Below are positions 1 to 12,574 of a DNA stretch of 64,000 nt, piece after piece. Below the pieces are notes generated by a model. That model had not been told where the DNA came from and did no database searches. It worked only from the letters and a program-made list of their open reading frames with translations. Origin of the DNA: Owenia fusiformis (lineage: Eukaryota); assembly GCA_903813345.2 (NCBI GenBank), contig CAIIXF020000001.1, positions 32,116,001 to 32,180,000 of the forward strand. Direction: 5' to 3'. Made by a program: the position numbers and the translations under genes. How positions within the stretch are numbered: the stretch's first letter is position 1; every line of letters starts with the position of its first letter.

Positions 1-242
1 ATCATAGAATAATCATTTTTCGATTAATTTAAGGTCAGATTGAATCAATATGGATAGGACATATTTTAAATACTTTGGAAATTTAAGGGTCAACCCCTAA
101 TTAAGTAGATAAAACAAAGAACAATTATATTATCTGCCATCTTGTAAAGTTACTCTGTAAAACAGTGATGAAAATAATCAGAAACAGTAATTGAATATTC
201 ATAAAAGTTATTAAAGATAAATATTAGAATATCCATACTTAC

Positions 243-292
243 TCTATCTCTTTCATACTTGCGTTTGATTTCTTCTATATTAGCGTTAAGAT
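243..292 (-). CDS. GOLIM4: GOLIM4-like exon 3 (DLNANIEEIKRKYERDR)
   Basis: Minus-strand acceptor ccttttttccAG and donor GTAAGT. Phase-1 entry matches the exon 2 exit. Coiled-coil-like peptide. Confidence 0.7.
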
Positions 293-311
293 CTGGAAAA
301 AAGGTTAACAT

Positions 312-2238
312 TGGTTGGAATGATTGCATACGATTAGAGCTAAGAATTATTCCTATGTTTGGAATGATTGCATACAATTATAGTTAAGAATTATTCCTAT
401 GTTTGGAATGATTGCATACAATTAGAGCGAAGAATTATTCCTATGTTTAGAATGATTGCATATGAGTAAAGTTAAGAATTATTCCTATGTTTGGAATGAT
501 TGCATACAACTAGAGTTAAGAATTATTCCTATGTTTGGAATGATTGCATACAATTAGAGCTAAGAATTATTCCTATGTTTGGAATGATTGCATACAACTA
601 GAGTTAATAATCATTCCTATGTTTGGAATGATTGCATACAACTAGAGTTTAGAATTATACATATTGTTGGAATGAATGCATACAACGAGAGTTTAGAATT
701 ATTCCTATGTTTGGAATGATTGCATACAACTAGAGTTAAGAATTATTCCTATGTTTGGAATGATTGCATACAGCTAGAGTTAAGAATTATTCCTATGTTT
801 GGAATGATTGCATACAACTAGAGTTAAGAATTATTCCTATGTTTGGAATGATTGCATACAACTAGAGTTAAGAATTATTCCTATGGTTGGAATGATTCCA
901 TACAACTAGAGTTGAGATTTATTCCTATGTTTGGAATGATAGCATACAATTAGAGTTAAGAATTATTCCTATGTTTGGAATGATTGCATACAACTAGAGT
1001 TAAGAATTATTCCTATGTTTGGAATGATTGCATACAACTAGAGTTAAGAATTATTCCTATGGTTGGAATGATTCCATACAACTAGAGTTGAGATTTATTC
1101 CTATGTTTGGAATGATTGCATACAACTAGAGTTAAGAATTATTCCTATGGTTGGAATGATTCCATACAACTAGAGTTGAGATTTATTCCTATGTTTGGAA
1201 TGATTGCATACAATTAGAGTTAAGAATTATTCCTATGTTTGGAATGATTGCATACAACTAGAGTTAAGAATTATTCCTATGTTTGGAATGATTGCATACA
1301 ACTAGAGTTAAGAATTATTCCTATGGTTGGAATGATTCCATACAACTAGAGTTGAGATTTATTCCTATGTTTGGAATGAATGCATACAACTAGAGTTAAG
1401 AATTATTCCTATGGTTGGAATGAATGCAAACAACTAGAGTTAAGAATTATTCCTATGGTTGGAATGATTCCATACAACTTAAGTTAAGAATTATTCCTAT
1501 GGTTGGAATGAATGCATACAACTAGAGTTAAGAATTATTCCTATGTTTGGAATGATTGCATACAACTAGAGTTAAGAATTATTCCTATGTTTGGAATGAT
1601 TGCATACAACTTAAGTTAAGAATTATTCCTATGGTTGGAATGATTCCATACAACTTAAGTTAAGAATTATTCCTATGTTTGGAATGATTGCATACAACTA
1701 GAGTTAAGAATTATTCCTATGTTTGGAATGATTGCATACAACTTAAGTTAAGAATTATTCCTATGGTCGGAATGATTGCATATGAGTAAAGTTAAGAATT
1801 ATTCCTATGTTTGGAATGAATGCATACAACTTAAGTTAAGAATTATTCCTATGGTTGGAATGATTCCATACAACTTAAGTTAAGAATTATTCCTATGTTT
1901 GGAATGATTGCATACAACTAGAGTTAAGAATTATTCCTATGTTTGGAATGATTGCATACAACTTAAGTTAAGAATTATTCCTATGTTTGGAATGATTCCA
2001 TACAACTAGAGTTAAGAATTATTCCTATGTTTGGAATGATTGCATACAACTAGAGTTAAGAATTATTCCTATGGTTGGAATGAATGCATACAACTTAAGT
2101 TAAGAATTATTCCTATGTTTGGAATGATTGCATACAACTAGAGTTAAGAATTATTCCTATGTTTGGAATGATTGCATACAACTAGAGTTAAGAATTATTC
2201 CTATGGTTGGAATGAATGCATACAATTAGAGTTAAGAA
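312..2238. repeat. 44-bp tandem minisatellite, about 44 copies (gttaagaattattcctatgtttggaatgattgcatacaactaga)
   Basis: Period read directly (gagtta at 1261 and 1305). Confidence 0.97.
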
Positions 2239-2239
2239 C

Positions 2240-2818
2240 TACACAACAGCAACGCCAAAGCGTAGCAAATCCCATCGAACAGCCATGGCTGGTATTTTTA
2301 CAAACAAAGTACACCTGTATATAGCAAAAATGGCAGTCATTTTTCAAAATGGCCACTTTCTACCGAAAGTGTCATTAGACAGTGTGCCATGCTTATAGTA
2401 TTCACATACCAAATGTGAACAAAATCTCTCCACTCCTTTCCAGATATAGTAAAATACGTTAAAATGGTGGCCATTTTTCAAAATGGCCTCCTTCTACCAA
2501 AAGTGTCATTAGACAGTGTGCCACGCTTATAGTATTCACATACCAAATATGAACAAAATCGCTCAACTACTTTTGAGCGAGTTACAGCAAAAATTGTAAA
2601 ATAAAGAGTAAAGGCCGCCATTTTTCAAGATGGCTGCCATGTGATTCTTTAATATCTACATTTCTAGCTTTATTAATGTCCTATATAATCTTTTTACATT
2701 TAAAACATATTGCTATTACAGTTTTACATATTGCACCTAAATAACTGTATTTGAGTTATTGCCCAGACTTACGGAGGCGTTCCCTATATCCCTCCGAACT
2801 TCGTTCGATGGGATAATA
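2240..2818. mobile_element. Non-autonomous Helentron/HINE-like element remnant
   Basis: Internal ~140-bp duplication (2330-2460 vs 2468-2600) and terminal hairpin tatccctccgaac-ttc-gttcgatgggata. Related hairpins near 34657 and 49527. Boundaries approximate. Confidence 0.45.
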
Positions 2819-2992
2819 AGTCAAAGAGACCGACTTGGGCAAGGCTAACAAAAGAACCATAAATGGTTTAGACCCTATGGAATTCTAGTATCTCTGATTT
2901 GTACAAATGCATGTTGTTAAATAGTATATACACAAAGAACCATATATGGTTTAAACCCTATGGTGCATCATATTTTTGACCATGAGTATAGT

Positions 2993-5798
2993 CACACCCC
3001 ATTCTCTTATACGTCGTAACACCGGAAGTTTACGGCGACATACAAGCATTTCAGGAGGGAGATATGTAAGTACTCATTTATTTCGACGTTTTGACAGAAT
3101 ATGGTCATTTCCCTTTCGTAGAGACATTGCCCATACCATGCAGATATATTTCTAGTATCAGTACGTCTCGACATCTTGCCTGAACACGGTTTAGAACTTT
3201 TCAAACCTTCTAGAAAGCACGACATTTTCAAGAAAAAAATGATAATTTTTCACGAAAATCGTCATAGTTTCTTCAATTCTACCCCTATCATCTTGAAATA
3301 TTGATAAGATTAACAAAACAATTTTTATATATCATCCAGATACTTCAGTTTCCAATATTATTGAAAGAATTCCAAGAAATTAATTTTTCTTTGGAATCAT
3401 ACGACGTCCAGGAGGTTTACGGCGTTTAGGGAATTTGATATCTACAATGAAATATATGTCCAACTGATTTTTTGGCTACATATTTCAATGTATGACTGAT
3501 TTACACGAAAACAAATTTACATGAAATAAAATGTACAAGATTGAGACTTGATTTTCCCAAGGCATAATTCAATATCTTTTGTTTTTAGTCGTAAACATCA
3601 TAAAACATACACTACAGCTAGCCTGCACACATATCTTGTTGAGTGAAGTATGTCTATCTTTAGCCTCATTGTGTGCATGAAATATACATTAATTTTTCTT
3701 TTGCAAATATTTTTAGCCAGTTGATTGGTTTTGGTGAGGTCCTGTAATCATAAAGTTAAGCATACCCACTCAGTCACATAAGCAATGCAAGATACGTTTC
3801 ATGATACACAACTGTCGTTCAAACTAACTATACTTCTGATGCATGAAATGTCCTAAATTAAAGAGACGTTTTTTCAAAAGCCATGCTATATGGTTGGTGT
3901 GATAATTTGCATTTGCTTTCTTGAATTAAAATTAAATGTGTTAAACCATTGTTTCAGGTCGTGGTTCATAGGAAGAAAACATGCACCTTCTGTGGCAAAG
4001 GGTATACCAGTCAAGTAAATTTGTCTAGCCAAATGAGGTCAGTCCATGGCGCAAAATTGCTCGAATGTCCACAGTGTGAAGTGGAGGGTTTTATAACAAG
4101 GGATGCTCTAAAGGGACATCTTGTATTTTCAACCAAAAAAGCTGACAAATGTAGTTGGATACACATCATTTTTTAAATTTCAAATTTCAACAATTGTCAC
4201 TTTCCGAAACAAAAAATACAATACACGATCATGAACACTATATAAGATTCAGAGGGAGAATGTAAACAGTTGTCACAATAATCTGTGGATTGAAATTGAG
4301 ATGTTTTTTTATGATAAAATGTCTGAAAATAAAGACTGTAAGCCTCATACCCAATGGTACCTCATGATCTTTTGCAATGAGTGAAATAATCTTTGCCTAT
4401 CAATCAAAACATTTTTTGATATATTCTCAATTATTAGTTTCTCATATACTTTGCATTATGGTGCGCATTTGATAGAAACAAACCATTCTTAGGTAATACA
4501 TCTCAAATGATGCATTGAATTCCTGGCTAAAATCCTGATATACTAGTAACCTGTTAGTCCAGTTTAATTACCCAAATGCGAGTAGGTAGTTACCAGTTTC
4601 ACCACCAGGTGGCTGATTCGGGTCAATTAACATGGCAGGTATATAAGAAAGTTCCCTTAAACTTGAATATTATCAATTTAAGTGGCTCAATTTTAATATA
4701 ACCCTTATGTGTCTGATACTTATACTAATGAAAATATGTCCAGTAAAGCAAAATGTTATCTGTCCACTAAAAGAAAAGATATTTCATTTTTTGTGATTTT
4801 ATAGCATGGGGTCTATGGGGAATCTCCCCGAGCTAGAAGTCACATTTTCAAAGAAAATTAATTTTTCAAAGTTGATAAACACTTTTTAAAACCACATTTC
4901 TAGAAGCAATTTTACATGTAGATTTCAAATATGATATTACTTTGACTGAATTTTGAATTTTTAATGACGTAAATCAAGATTATTTCTACTCGCATCTGGG
5001 TTATTAAACAGCTGTCTTTTAAAAGACTTTGGAAGTGGGGACTTCAAGTCAAGAGACTTATTAGGTGCATATGGCGAATACTTTCTTTTTCCGAAGTGGT
5101 AAGGCTTTTGGGGTGGGTAACCCGATTGTCTTTGAGGAGAAGTAAAGCCTCTCAAATTTATTCTTTTTTCTTCTTTTTGCTCCCTCCGAGGGACAATTTT
5201 AGTCTCCAGGGCTGGAAACCCTCATACTGACCCGACTTAAAGAAAATACATTTATATTACCATGAACTCATCAATACGCGTACGTACGTTAAATGCTTAA
5301 TCAACTTTAATAAGTGTTTAGCGAGGAAAGAACAAGGCAATATAAAGAAACAATGTCATGGTGTACGTCGTAAACCTCCTTGACGTCGTATGATTCCAAA
5401 GAAAAATTAATTTCTCGGAATTCTTTCATTAATATTGGAAACTGAAGTGTCTGGATGATATATAAAAATTGTTTTGTTAATCTTATCAATATCTCAAGAT
5501 GATAGGGCTAGAATTGTAGAAACTATGACGATTTTCGTGAAAGATTATCACTTTTTTCTTGAAAAATGTCGTGCTTTCTAGAAGGTTTGGGTAGTTTTAG
5601 ACAGTGTTCAGACAAGATGTCGAGACGTAATGATACTAGAGGTATGTCTGCATGGTATGGACAATGTCTTCACGAAAGGGAAATGACCATATTCTGTCAA
5701 AACGTCGAAATAAATGAGTACTTACATATCTCCCGCCTGAAATGCTTGTATGTCGCCGTAAACTTCCGGTGTTACGACGTATAAGAGAATGGGGTGTG
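2993..5798. mobile_element. Non-autonomous DNA transposon with ~430-bp TIRs, CAC..GTG ends and 5-bp TSD ATAGT (Transib-like end signature)
   Basis: 2993-3425 is the reverse complement of 5366-5798. ATAGT at 2988-2992 and 5799-5803. Confidence 0.8.
3958..4176 (+). pseudogene. Degenerate C2H2 zinc-finger exon fragment inside the long-TIR element
   Basis: CTFCGKGYTSQVNLSSQMRSVH and CPQCEVEGFITRDALKGHL, each finger missing one His. Preceded by acceptor-like ttgtttcAG. Confidence 0.6.
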
Positions 5799-7336
5799 AT
5801 AGTGATCATTAATACCGCATTTTCCATGAAGGCCAAACTACCCTAATATGTCACTTCTGCTGAATAGAAAAAGTAGTTTTAAAAAGAATGTAGTCCCAAC
5901 ACAATTGTGATCATGACGAGTCAGTAAGCTAGTATGTAGGTACAGTTGTCATCTTTTTGCAATGATAACATGCCATTTGTTCTGTAAATTATCCATTTCA
6001 GTAAAAAACCTACATTTTCCGTCTACTTCCGGTATTGCTCATGAAGCTCAGATCTTTTGAACGTCACAAGGAAAAAACTTGTAATCTGAGATTAATTTAA
6101 GTTGTTACTTTTCTCGCTGATAAAGTTCTTTGTTTAAATTAAAGCATATTTCAAAGGGAAACACTCTCATCGATAAAACTACATGTTCTGTCCTGGATTT
6201 TCATTTAATATAATCACTTATAATAATTGCCACTAAATGGCATTTATGCGTGGACGTAATCCGGCAGAGAAGTTATAAATACGAAAGAAAATTCAAGTCT
6301 TAATTCAAAGTCGTGCATTTGGGAAGTTTTAGGGTCATATATAGGAGAAATAGTATATTTTGAACATGGACCAAAAGTCTAAAGGGATGGGACAATATTG
6401 GGAAACCGTGACATCCCTAGTAGTGTCACAATTGACCAATTATTTCAAAAAGTAGATGTTTGACCCCTATTGAGTTAAGTGTCAAAATGTAGCTTAGACA
6501 TTGCTTTTGAACCTCATATAGGTCTGTTGGGCCACATAAATTCATAACTCGAGATAAGAAATAAGCGTTTGCCTATTGACTAGTATGGTAGCGTAAATTA
6601 GGGCTGTTTTGCCAAAGAGATAATTGTATATGTCTTAAAATGGACTTTTGTCTCTAAAATACACTTAAAATCTACAATAGAACAGAATATATGTTAGCAT
6701 TTTAGCATATTACATGAGAATGATGAGTTAAAGTTTATTGATTATAAAGGCTCTTATTGTATCTGCTATATTGCTAACTGGCTTTTTACACAATTACAAA
6801 TGAATGCATAAACAAAGAATTGTTCATGGACAGAATTATATATTTCTATAAGGGGCTTTTTCATAAAATCTTTTTTTACCATTTAGATCCTGAACTTGGA
6901 CATTATGATTAAATAACATGCATTTTGTACAATTAACTGACTGTATTTGATATTAATTAAAAATATGATTGCATGTACATGTAGTTACAATATGCAAAAG
7001 ATAATTTTAAATACATAATAACTTAATAACCATCATGAGTAATGCACAAATATATCCCAGAGGCATCATAGATGTGAATTAAATACATTAACAGTTTATG
7101 TACAGATGTTCTATGTTGATTAAATACATCTCATGAAAATGTTTTTATTATACAGAGTGCAATATATAGATCTATATTGATCAAAAGATGATAATAAATT
7201 TATGTCATTATAAGTACTCAGAACTCTGAACCACATGCATTTTTAACCATAACCATTTTCTTCTATTTGATGGCATATTTGAATTTTATGTGTAAGGTCG
7301 GGCTAAATCTGCATTGACACAATCAAAAACCTTTAA

Positions 7337-7552
7337 GGCCAGGGCCCACTTTGGAATGTTTTTGCAATTTTGAAAATAAACCACTGAATATTCTAATTAT
7401 TCAAACATTCTGAAGAAGCATCAACCCTCAATTGATAGTCAAGGTACATCAATGCATCTTTTGTGCAAGAATGAAAGATGATGTGTGGAATGAGTTATGT
7501 TTATCTGAAAATAGCACATGGTCACGAAATTTCATCAAGGTGCACCCTGACC
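7337..7552. mobile_element. Short MITE with GG..CC ends and TTAA TSD (Kolobok-like)
   Basis: TTAA|ggccagggcccacttt ... aaggtgcaccctgacc|TTAA. Confidence 0.65.
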
Positions 7553-8065
7553 TTAAAAGTTAATTTACTCTTTCAAGAGTACACTTGAGTACTCGATCAC
7601 AATTTCAATGTGAAATCACAATCCACATGTCAATAAGTTCATAGAGTTATACTCCAGTGGTGTTTTCAGTTGATATAAATGGAACTACTTGCTAGATCAA
7701 GAAATTAAATGACTCTGGAAATACATTTACATATTCTAGCCCTACCATCTGTCTTTACATTTATATAGAAAATGTTCAATAAAGAGAAGTTTTTGCACAT
7801 TTCAGCTATAAGATCATCAATTATGATAGCAGAAAGAAACAAGAATCATTTTAGTAAAGTATATATTACTCTATTTATTTTGAATTTATTTTGTTCATTT
7901 GAAGCAGGAACATTGGACAATTCAATTTTGTTTTTTCAATCTAAGACTTTGAATTAAAAATTTGCTTCACAGGCATGCAAGGGGTTTTGTTTTTCACATC
8001 CACTTTGAAAAATCTGCATAAAATACCCCGAAAGTGTGGCCAGCGCAAGCCCTGTGACATAACAC

Positions 8066-9242
8066 CAGTGTTTTTCTTGAGGCAAAATAATCACAGGACC
8101 TCAGGACTGACAGGTTCTACATTTTGACCAGTCTAAATCAAAACTCATCGGACATTCAGACCTGTAACTTCAGTTTAATCATCAGTCCTTGTGAAAACTA
8201 ACCAGTCCAAAGCACATAGCATTTAATATCATGTAAGAAATGAAAGTACCAGATTTAAGAGCATTTTCATGGTAAATTCAATTTCAAATCAACACATAAT
8301 CCCATGTTTTTATATATACATGTATATTAATGCCTACTTACTTCTTAGTGTACACTTAACTGCAAAATATATAATACTCGGAGGATATTTCCGATAAAAT
8401 CAAAACAAATTTTCACTTTGAAGTTTACATTATCAATACGGGACAGCATCTTTTCCATTCAATTGAGGTTGGGCCATGCAGCCGAAGGCAAGCCATACAA
8501 CCAAAGGTAAGCCTAACAACCGAATTTTGCCGATTCAATCTGACGGAGAATGCCAAGCCTCTATTTTTGACCAATTAGAGACGTCCTCTTCACATTCGTG
8601 GTACCCTCGGCCAACTTCTTTTGCAAAGAGAAGCTTCAGCAATCTCCGGCTTTTCTTGAGGTATCTTCGGTTGATTGCCAAAAGTCGACACCCTTATCAA
8701 TACACATGTGCATAATTCTGATCGTTTTGAGATTCTTTTGATTGGTTGATCAACTAGAAGTCATGTGACATCACTCATGGCTCACCATTGCTTGCTTATA
8801 AATACGGTTTCGTGATAGTCCTGTTAACAGGCATATCAATCATGGTAATCTCGAAACCGCTCCAACATATGACAAAATTTACCAACCAATCAGATTTTGC
8901 ATTCAAACCGAAAGATAAACACACTCTCCCGCAGTGATAGATTCGAGGTGATAACCCAAGAGTCCTAACAACCAATCAGAGAACAATTTTTGTTTTCGTA
9001 GATCTAAAATGATAAACATCCTCCCATGCAGCCAATTTTCCAAAAATGATTTTTAGAATTACAAGGTTTTACCGTAGATATACTAAGATATCAGGGAAGC
9101 GATTGGACTTGTTAAGAAATGTTTAATAGATGAGCAACCGGACATTGGCGGAATTGTGGACTGGCTACTTGATAAAACTCATCAGTCCAAAACACTACAT
9201 CACCGGATTTGTCCTATGGTCCAAACTCAAATAAAAACTCTC
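8066..9242. mobile_element. Degenerate hAT-like non-autonomous element
   Basis: Imperfect TIR cagtgtttttcttgag / ctcaaataaaaactctc. Flanks cataacac and aataacac match 7 of 8. Confidence 0.5.
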
Positions 9243-9366
9243 AATAACACAACTTGTTTAACAGGGATCTTATATTTTGCTATAGAAAAACCTTGACCAT
9301 TTACACTGAATATCATTTCAAATTATTTTTGAGAGACGTTGGAATGGTTTCCAAGTACATACATAC

Positions 9367-9441
9367 CTTCTCTAGTTCTTTTGTGGTCAGCTTTTTCTTG
9401 AGTGATAGACTTCTCAAGGCGGGCCTTGTTCTCATAAACAA
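9367..9441 (-). CDS. GOLIM4: GOLIM4-like exon 2 (VVYENKARLEKSITQEKADHKRTRE)
   Basis: cttgcAG acceptor, GTATGT donor, phase 1-1. Resembles vertebrate GOLIM4 VVYEHRSRLEKSLQKERLEHKKAKE as recalled. Confidence 0.85.
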
Positions 9442-10459
9442 CTGCAAGAATGATAAAGACACAAATTGCAATTGTATTAATATGAACCTCAACTACTCCT
9501 CTCATGGTATTCTTCTACTTTTTTTTATGCAAACATAATATTGAAGATTTTACTCATGACTTGTATTTGGGAAGGTATTGAGTCAATTGACATGTAGGTC
9601 TGTTACTTTTGGTTTAAATGTCATTATTCCTTGTGCTTTTGAATTCTCTCTTGCCAAAATTATATTTTAAGAAATCGCTTCATTTATATTACATATACAT
9701 GACTGTAGTTTGATCATTCGGTCTACTTTATAATGCAGACTTGCTGAAACTATACAATGTATTAGCCTAGTTTTAACAGCCTAATATAATATTGTGCAAA
9801 TCATAACTATATATTAATTTTGTTACACATGAATGACTTGAGATGTTGAAAAATACATTTATATTTTAGGTAGAGTCTATTTCGTGGCCTGATTACGTAG
9901 GTAGAATTTGAAAAATAAGATTTACCTGAAGATTAGAAGTCTTACTTACCCTCTAGAGGTTAGAACACACATTTCAATGAAACCATATCAGCTTTGTTTT
10001 GTTCATGATGAAGCATAAGCACAGTACTTGATTGAAATTTGTGTTAATGCTTTTTGGACTTTTTGGAACTACCAATTTTTAACAGTGGACATGTCTTGAA
10101 GAAGAAATCAAATCTGGAGCTAATAATTTGGATGTAAAAATTGTTGGTTTTTGCATTTTAATCACTTCTTTACATATTCTTCAGATTTCTCAGCAACGAG
10201 TGGATGGATTGCTACCATTTTGGGTAACTTTGCTCTGTAGTGTTGTTTGAATCAGCATGTCGATTATTGAAAGGATTCCTTATGTTTTTACTGGATATAG
10301 ATCTATCTAACAATCATTTTCTACAAATTTCAGGAAGCATCAACAGCGACCTCCCTTATACTCTTAATAAGCAGTACACACTCATCGGAGGGCTTGCCCG
10401 ACCCTCCAGACAAGCCCCTGTGGGTTCACAGAATAAAAAATTTGAGTGTAATATATCTA

Positions 10460-11081
10460 GGGGAAGTCGTCCTATCATCGCACGGGTACTCAGGGAAACT
10501 ACTGACAATTTCAAATATGATAACTTCAACTTACTTTGAGAATATGAGACGAAAGATCAAACTTTCCTCTAAAATCTAAGTAGTGTTTGACATTTCTCAA
10601 TCTCCGAACGCTAACACTTTAAGACCCCTTAGACTCGCATGTGCGGTGGTCCTAATTATCGCACAGTCGTCCTAATTATCGCACAGTTATGTTTCAGATG
10701 TCATTTCACGATACTGTATACATTTCTCTGTTTATAACAGATACATACATATGCTGTAATCATTTTTCTATCAGTTTTAGTGTAAAATATCAACAAAATA
10801 TACATTATACACTTACTTTTCTGTCTTTATTTGGAGGGGGTCAAAATTTGTCAGACGAATTTCACTTCTTGCTCAAAAGCATTTATGACAATGGCGGAAG
10901 TTAACAATTCTTAAAAAATGAAGAGATATTTCTAAATATATGAATAAATCATGAAGATTGGGAGTTATGGTGTTGAACTGTTTTTCGTAACACTGGTTTA
11001 AAAGATGGTGGGTGCATATTTTAGCTATTTAGGACAATCGTGCGATAATTAGGACCGTGCGATAATTAGGACCACTTCCCC
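10460..11081. mobile_element. MITE with GGGGAAGT..ACTTCCCC ends, subterminal gtcctaattatcgcac repeats and 8-bp TSD TATATCTA
   Basis: TATATCTA at 10452-10459 and 11082-11089. Inverted subterminal repeats at 10646-10686 and 11040-11075. Confidence 0.7.
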
Positions 11082-11173
11082 TATATCTATAATTCTGGAA
11101 GAATAGTAAAACAGAAAAAATAAATGTGTGGGCGATGTAAATAATTTTGAAGCGCTATATTTAAGTAAAATAC

Positions 11174-11348
11174 CTTGTAATTGAGCAGATATTGAATCGT
11201 GTTGCTGCTTATTTTTCTCGGCACGCATTTCTGTTTCCTTCAATCGAGTATGAACATTGTGGTAGCTGTAAATGCCAAATATGAAGAATCCTCCGATGCA
11301 AATAAAAAGGATTGTGTTTCCCATGGATCCATTACGTCTGTGTAACAT
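11174..11348 (-). CDS. GOLIM4: GOLIM4-like exon 1: short cytoplasmic tail, single TM helix, start of coiled coil
   Basis: MLHRRNGSMGNTILFICIGGFFIFGIYSY...QQHDSISAQLQ. Type II membrane topology. QQHxSxSAQLQ-VVYE matches GOLIM4 as recalled. GT donor at 11173. Confidence 0.85.
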
Positions 11349-11508
11349 CTTGTCAAGTTATCATACTCTCACCTACTCCATAAAATGATATATTCAATCA
11401 TTTGTAGAAAATTTAGAAAAGTTTAAAAAATCAAAACAAACATGGCGACGTGTCACTGATGCATCCTGGGATCTGCACTGGACGAAACAAAATTGTAGTT
11501 CCGGAAAA
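11349..11508. promoter_or_regulatory. Putative bidirectional promoter / 5' UTRs of GOLIM4-like and CABLES
   Basis: Divergent ATGs 160 bp apart. YY1-like aacATGGCG near 11440 and ETS-like CCGGAA near 11501. Confidence 0.6.
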
Positions 11509-11855
11509 ATGGCCTCTGCTAAAAAACACAGATCCAGAAGAAGAGTTGCTGCATTGAATTTCTTATCTAACATATCACTAGATGGTACACATAATGACAC
11601 GAATTATTGTATATTTAATAAGAAGGGGATATTTGATCGTAAAACCCAAGCTTCAATTGATGTGTCGCCATTAGAAGACTCTAACAAATTTGAAAAAAAT
11701 GTTGATGAAAATAATCAAGAAACTGAAAGTGAAACTGCTGCTGATAAGATTGAAAATCAAAAACCAAGTGAACCAGAAAATATATCGAAAGAAATAGAAT
11801 CAAAACAGTTTGGAGCAGAGAGTGTAGCAGAACTTCCTCATCCTGCAAGATTTAG
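11509..11855 (+). CDS. CABLES1: CABLES (CDK5 and ABL1 enzyme substrate) exon 1
   Basis: SRRRVAALNFLSNISLDG is the conserved CABLES N-terminal motif. Donor AG|GTATTC, phase 2. Confidence 0.92.
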
Positions 11856-11900
11856 GTATTCACGATGTTTATTGTTTATTCTAACTCAAAGTGGCTACAT

Positions 11901-12574
11901 TTACTCCCGTCGAGAGCTACCATGTTAGATTTTGAAAGTATAACTCTCTATCGCTAGAATCAACAGCTTAAGAATCCTGACTTCAAAGAAAATTCTGGGG
12001 AATTCAGCTGACTCATGACTCGTGTCAAAAGTTTTGGCCAGGTATATTCAACGTAGCCAGGATTTGCCAAGGGGGGGTTCAGTTTTCAAAAATTTCCAGG
12101 GGGGGTTCACATTTGACAATTTTGGCCCAAATATGCCCAAAATCACTTGAGAAATGCTCAAAATGGTGAAAAACTGCATGATTTTGAAAGAATTTTTGGC
12201 CAGGGGGGGGGGTTCGCCCGAACCCTGCGAACCCCCCCTAGCTACGGGCCTGTTCAATATGGCGGCTTGACGTTTCCCAAGTTGCGCATGCGTCGATAAT
12301 ATTTCCGTTTAACCGCCATATTGGAAATGGGTATCAAACAATGAATTTTAAAAAACGATTAGAACTCCTGATCGCCATAGAAGCACATCAGCGATCCTAC
12401 ATGCACGGGGAAAGTAGACACATATGAGCCCACATGTAGGCTACAGTTTGAGACAAACAGTAAGCCGCTGAATGGCGCTGATCCAATTTAGATGTCACAA
12501 TTCTTCAGCTGGAGATCCTCACGATGGAGAGCTATACTTTCAAAATCTAACATGATAGCTCTCGACGTGAGTAA
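11901..12574. mobile_element. Non-autonomous TIR element with TTAC..GTAA ends and 8-bp TSD GGCTACAT
   Basis: About 60-bp TIRs (11901-11960 vs 12510-12574). GGCTACAT at 11893-11900 and 12575-12582. Confidence 0.8.
12050..12252. mobile_element. G-run-rich hAT-like MITE nested in the previous element
   Basis: cgtagccagg ... ctagctacgggcctg. Partial second copy at about 49680-49762. Confidence 0.6.

Noticed and set aside
312..2238. CRISPR array or coding repeat
   Set aside because: Head-to-tail 44-bp units with no spacers and frequent stops.
3007..3231. Paired 72-74-aa ORFs (also 5566-5784)
   Set aside because: They are the two TIR arms of one element. No evidence of coding function.
9950..10260. 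Additional GOLIM4-like exon (minus-strand GTAAGT donor near 9949)
   Set aside because: Stops in the frames examined, and exons 1 and 2 already join in frame at the conserved SAQLQ-VVYE motif.
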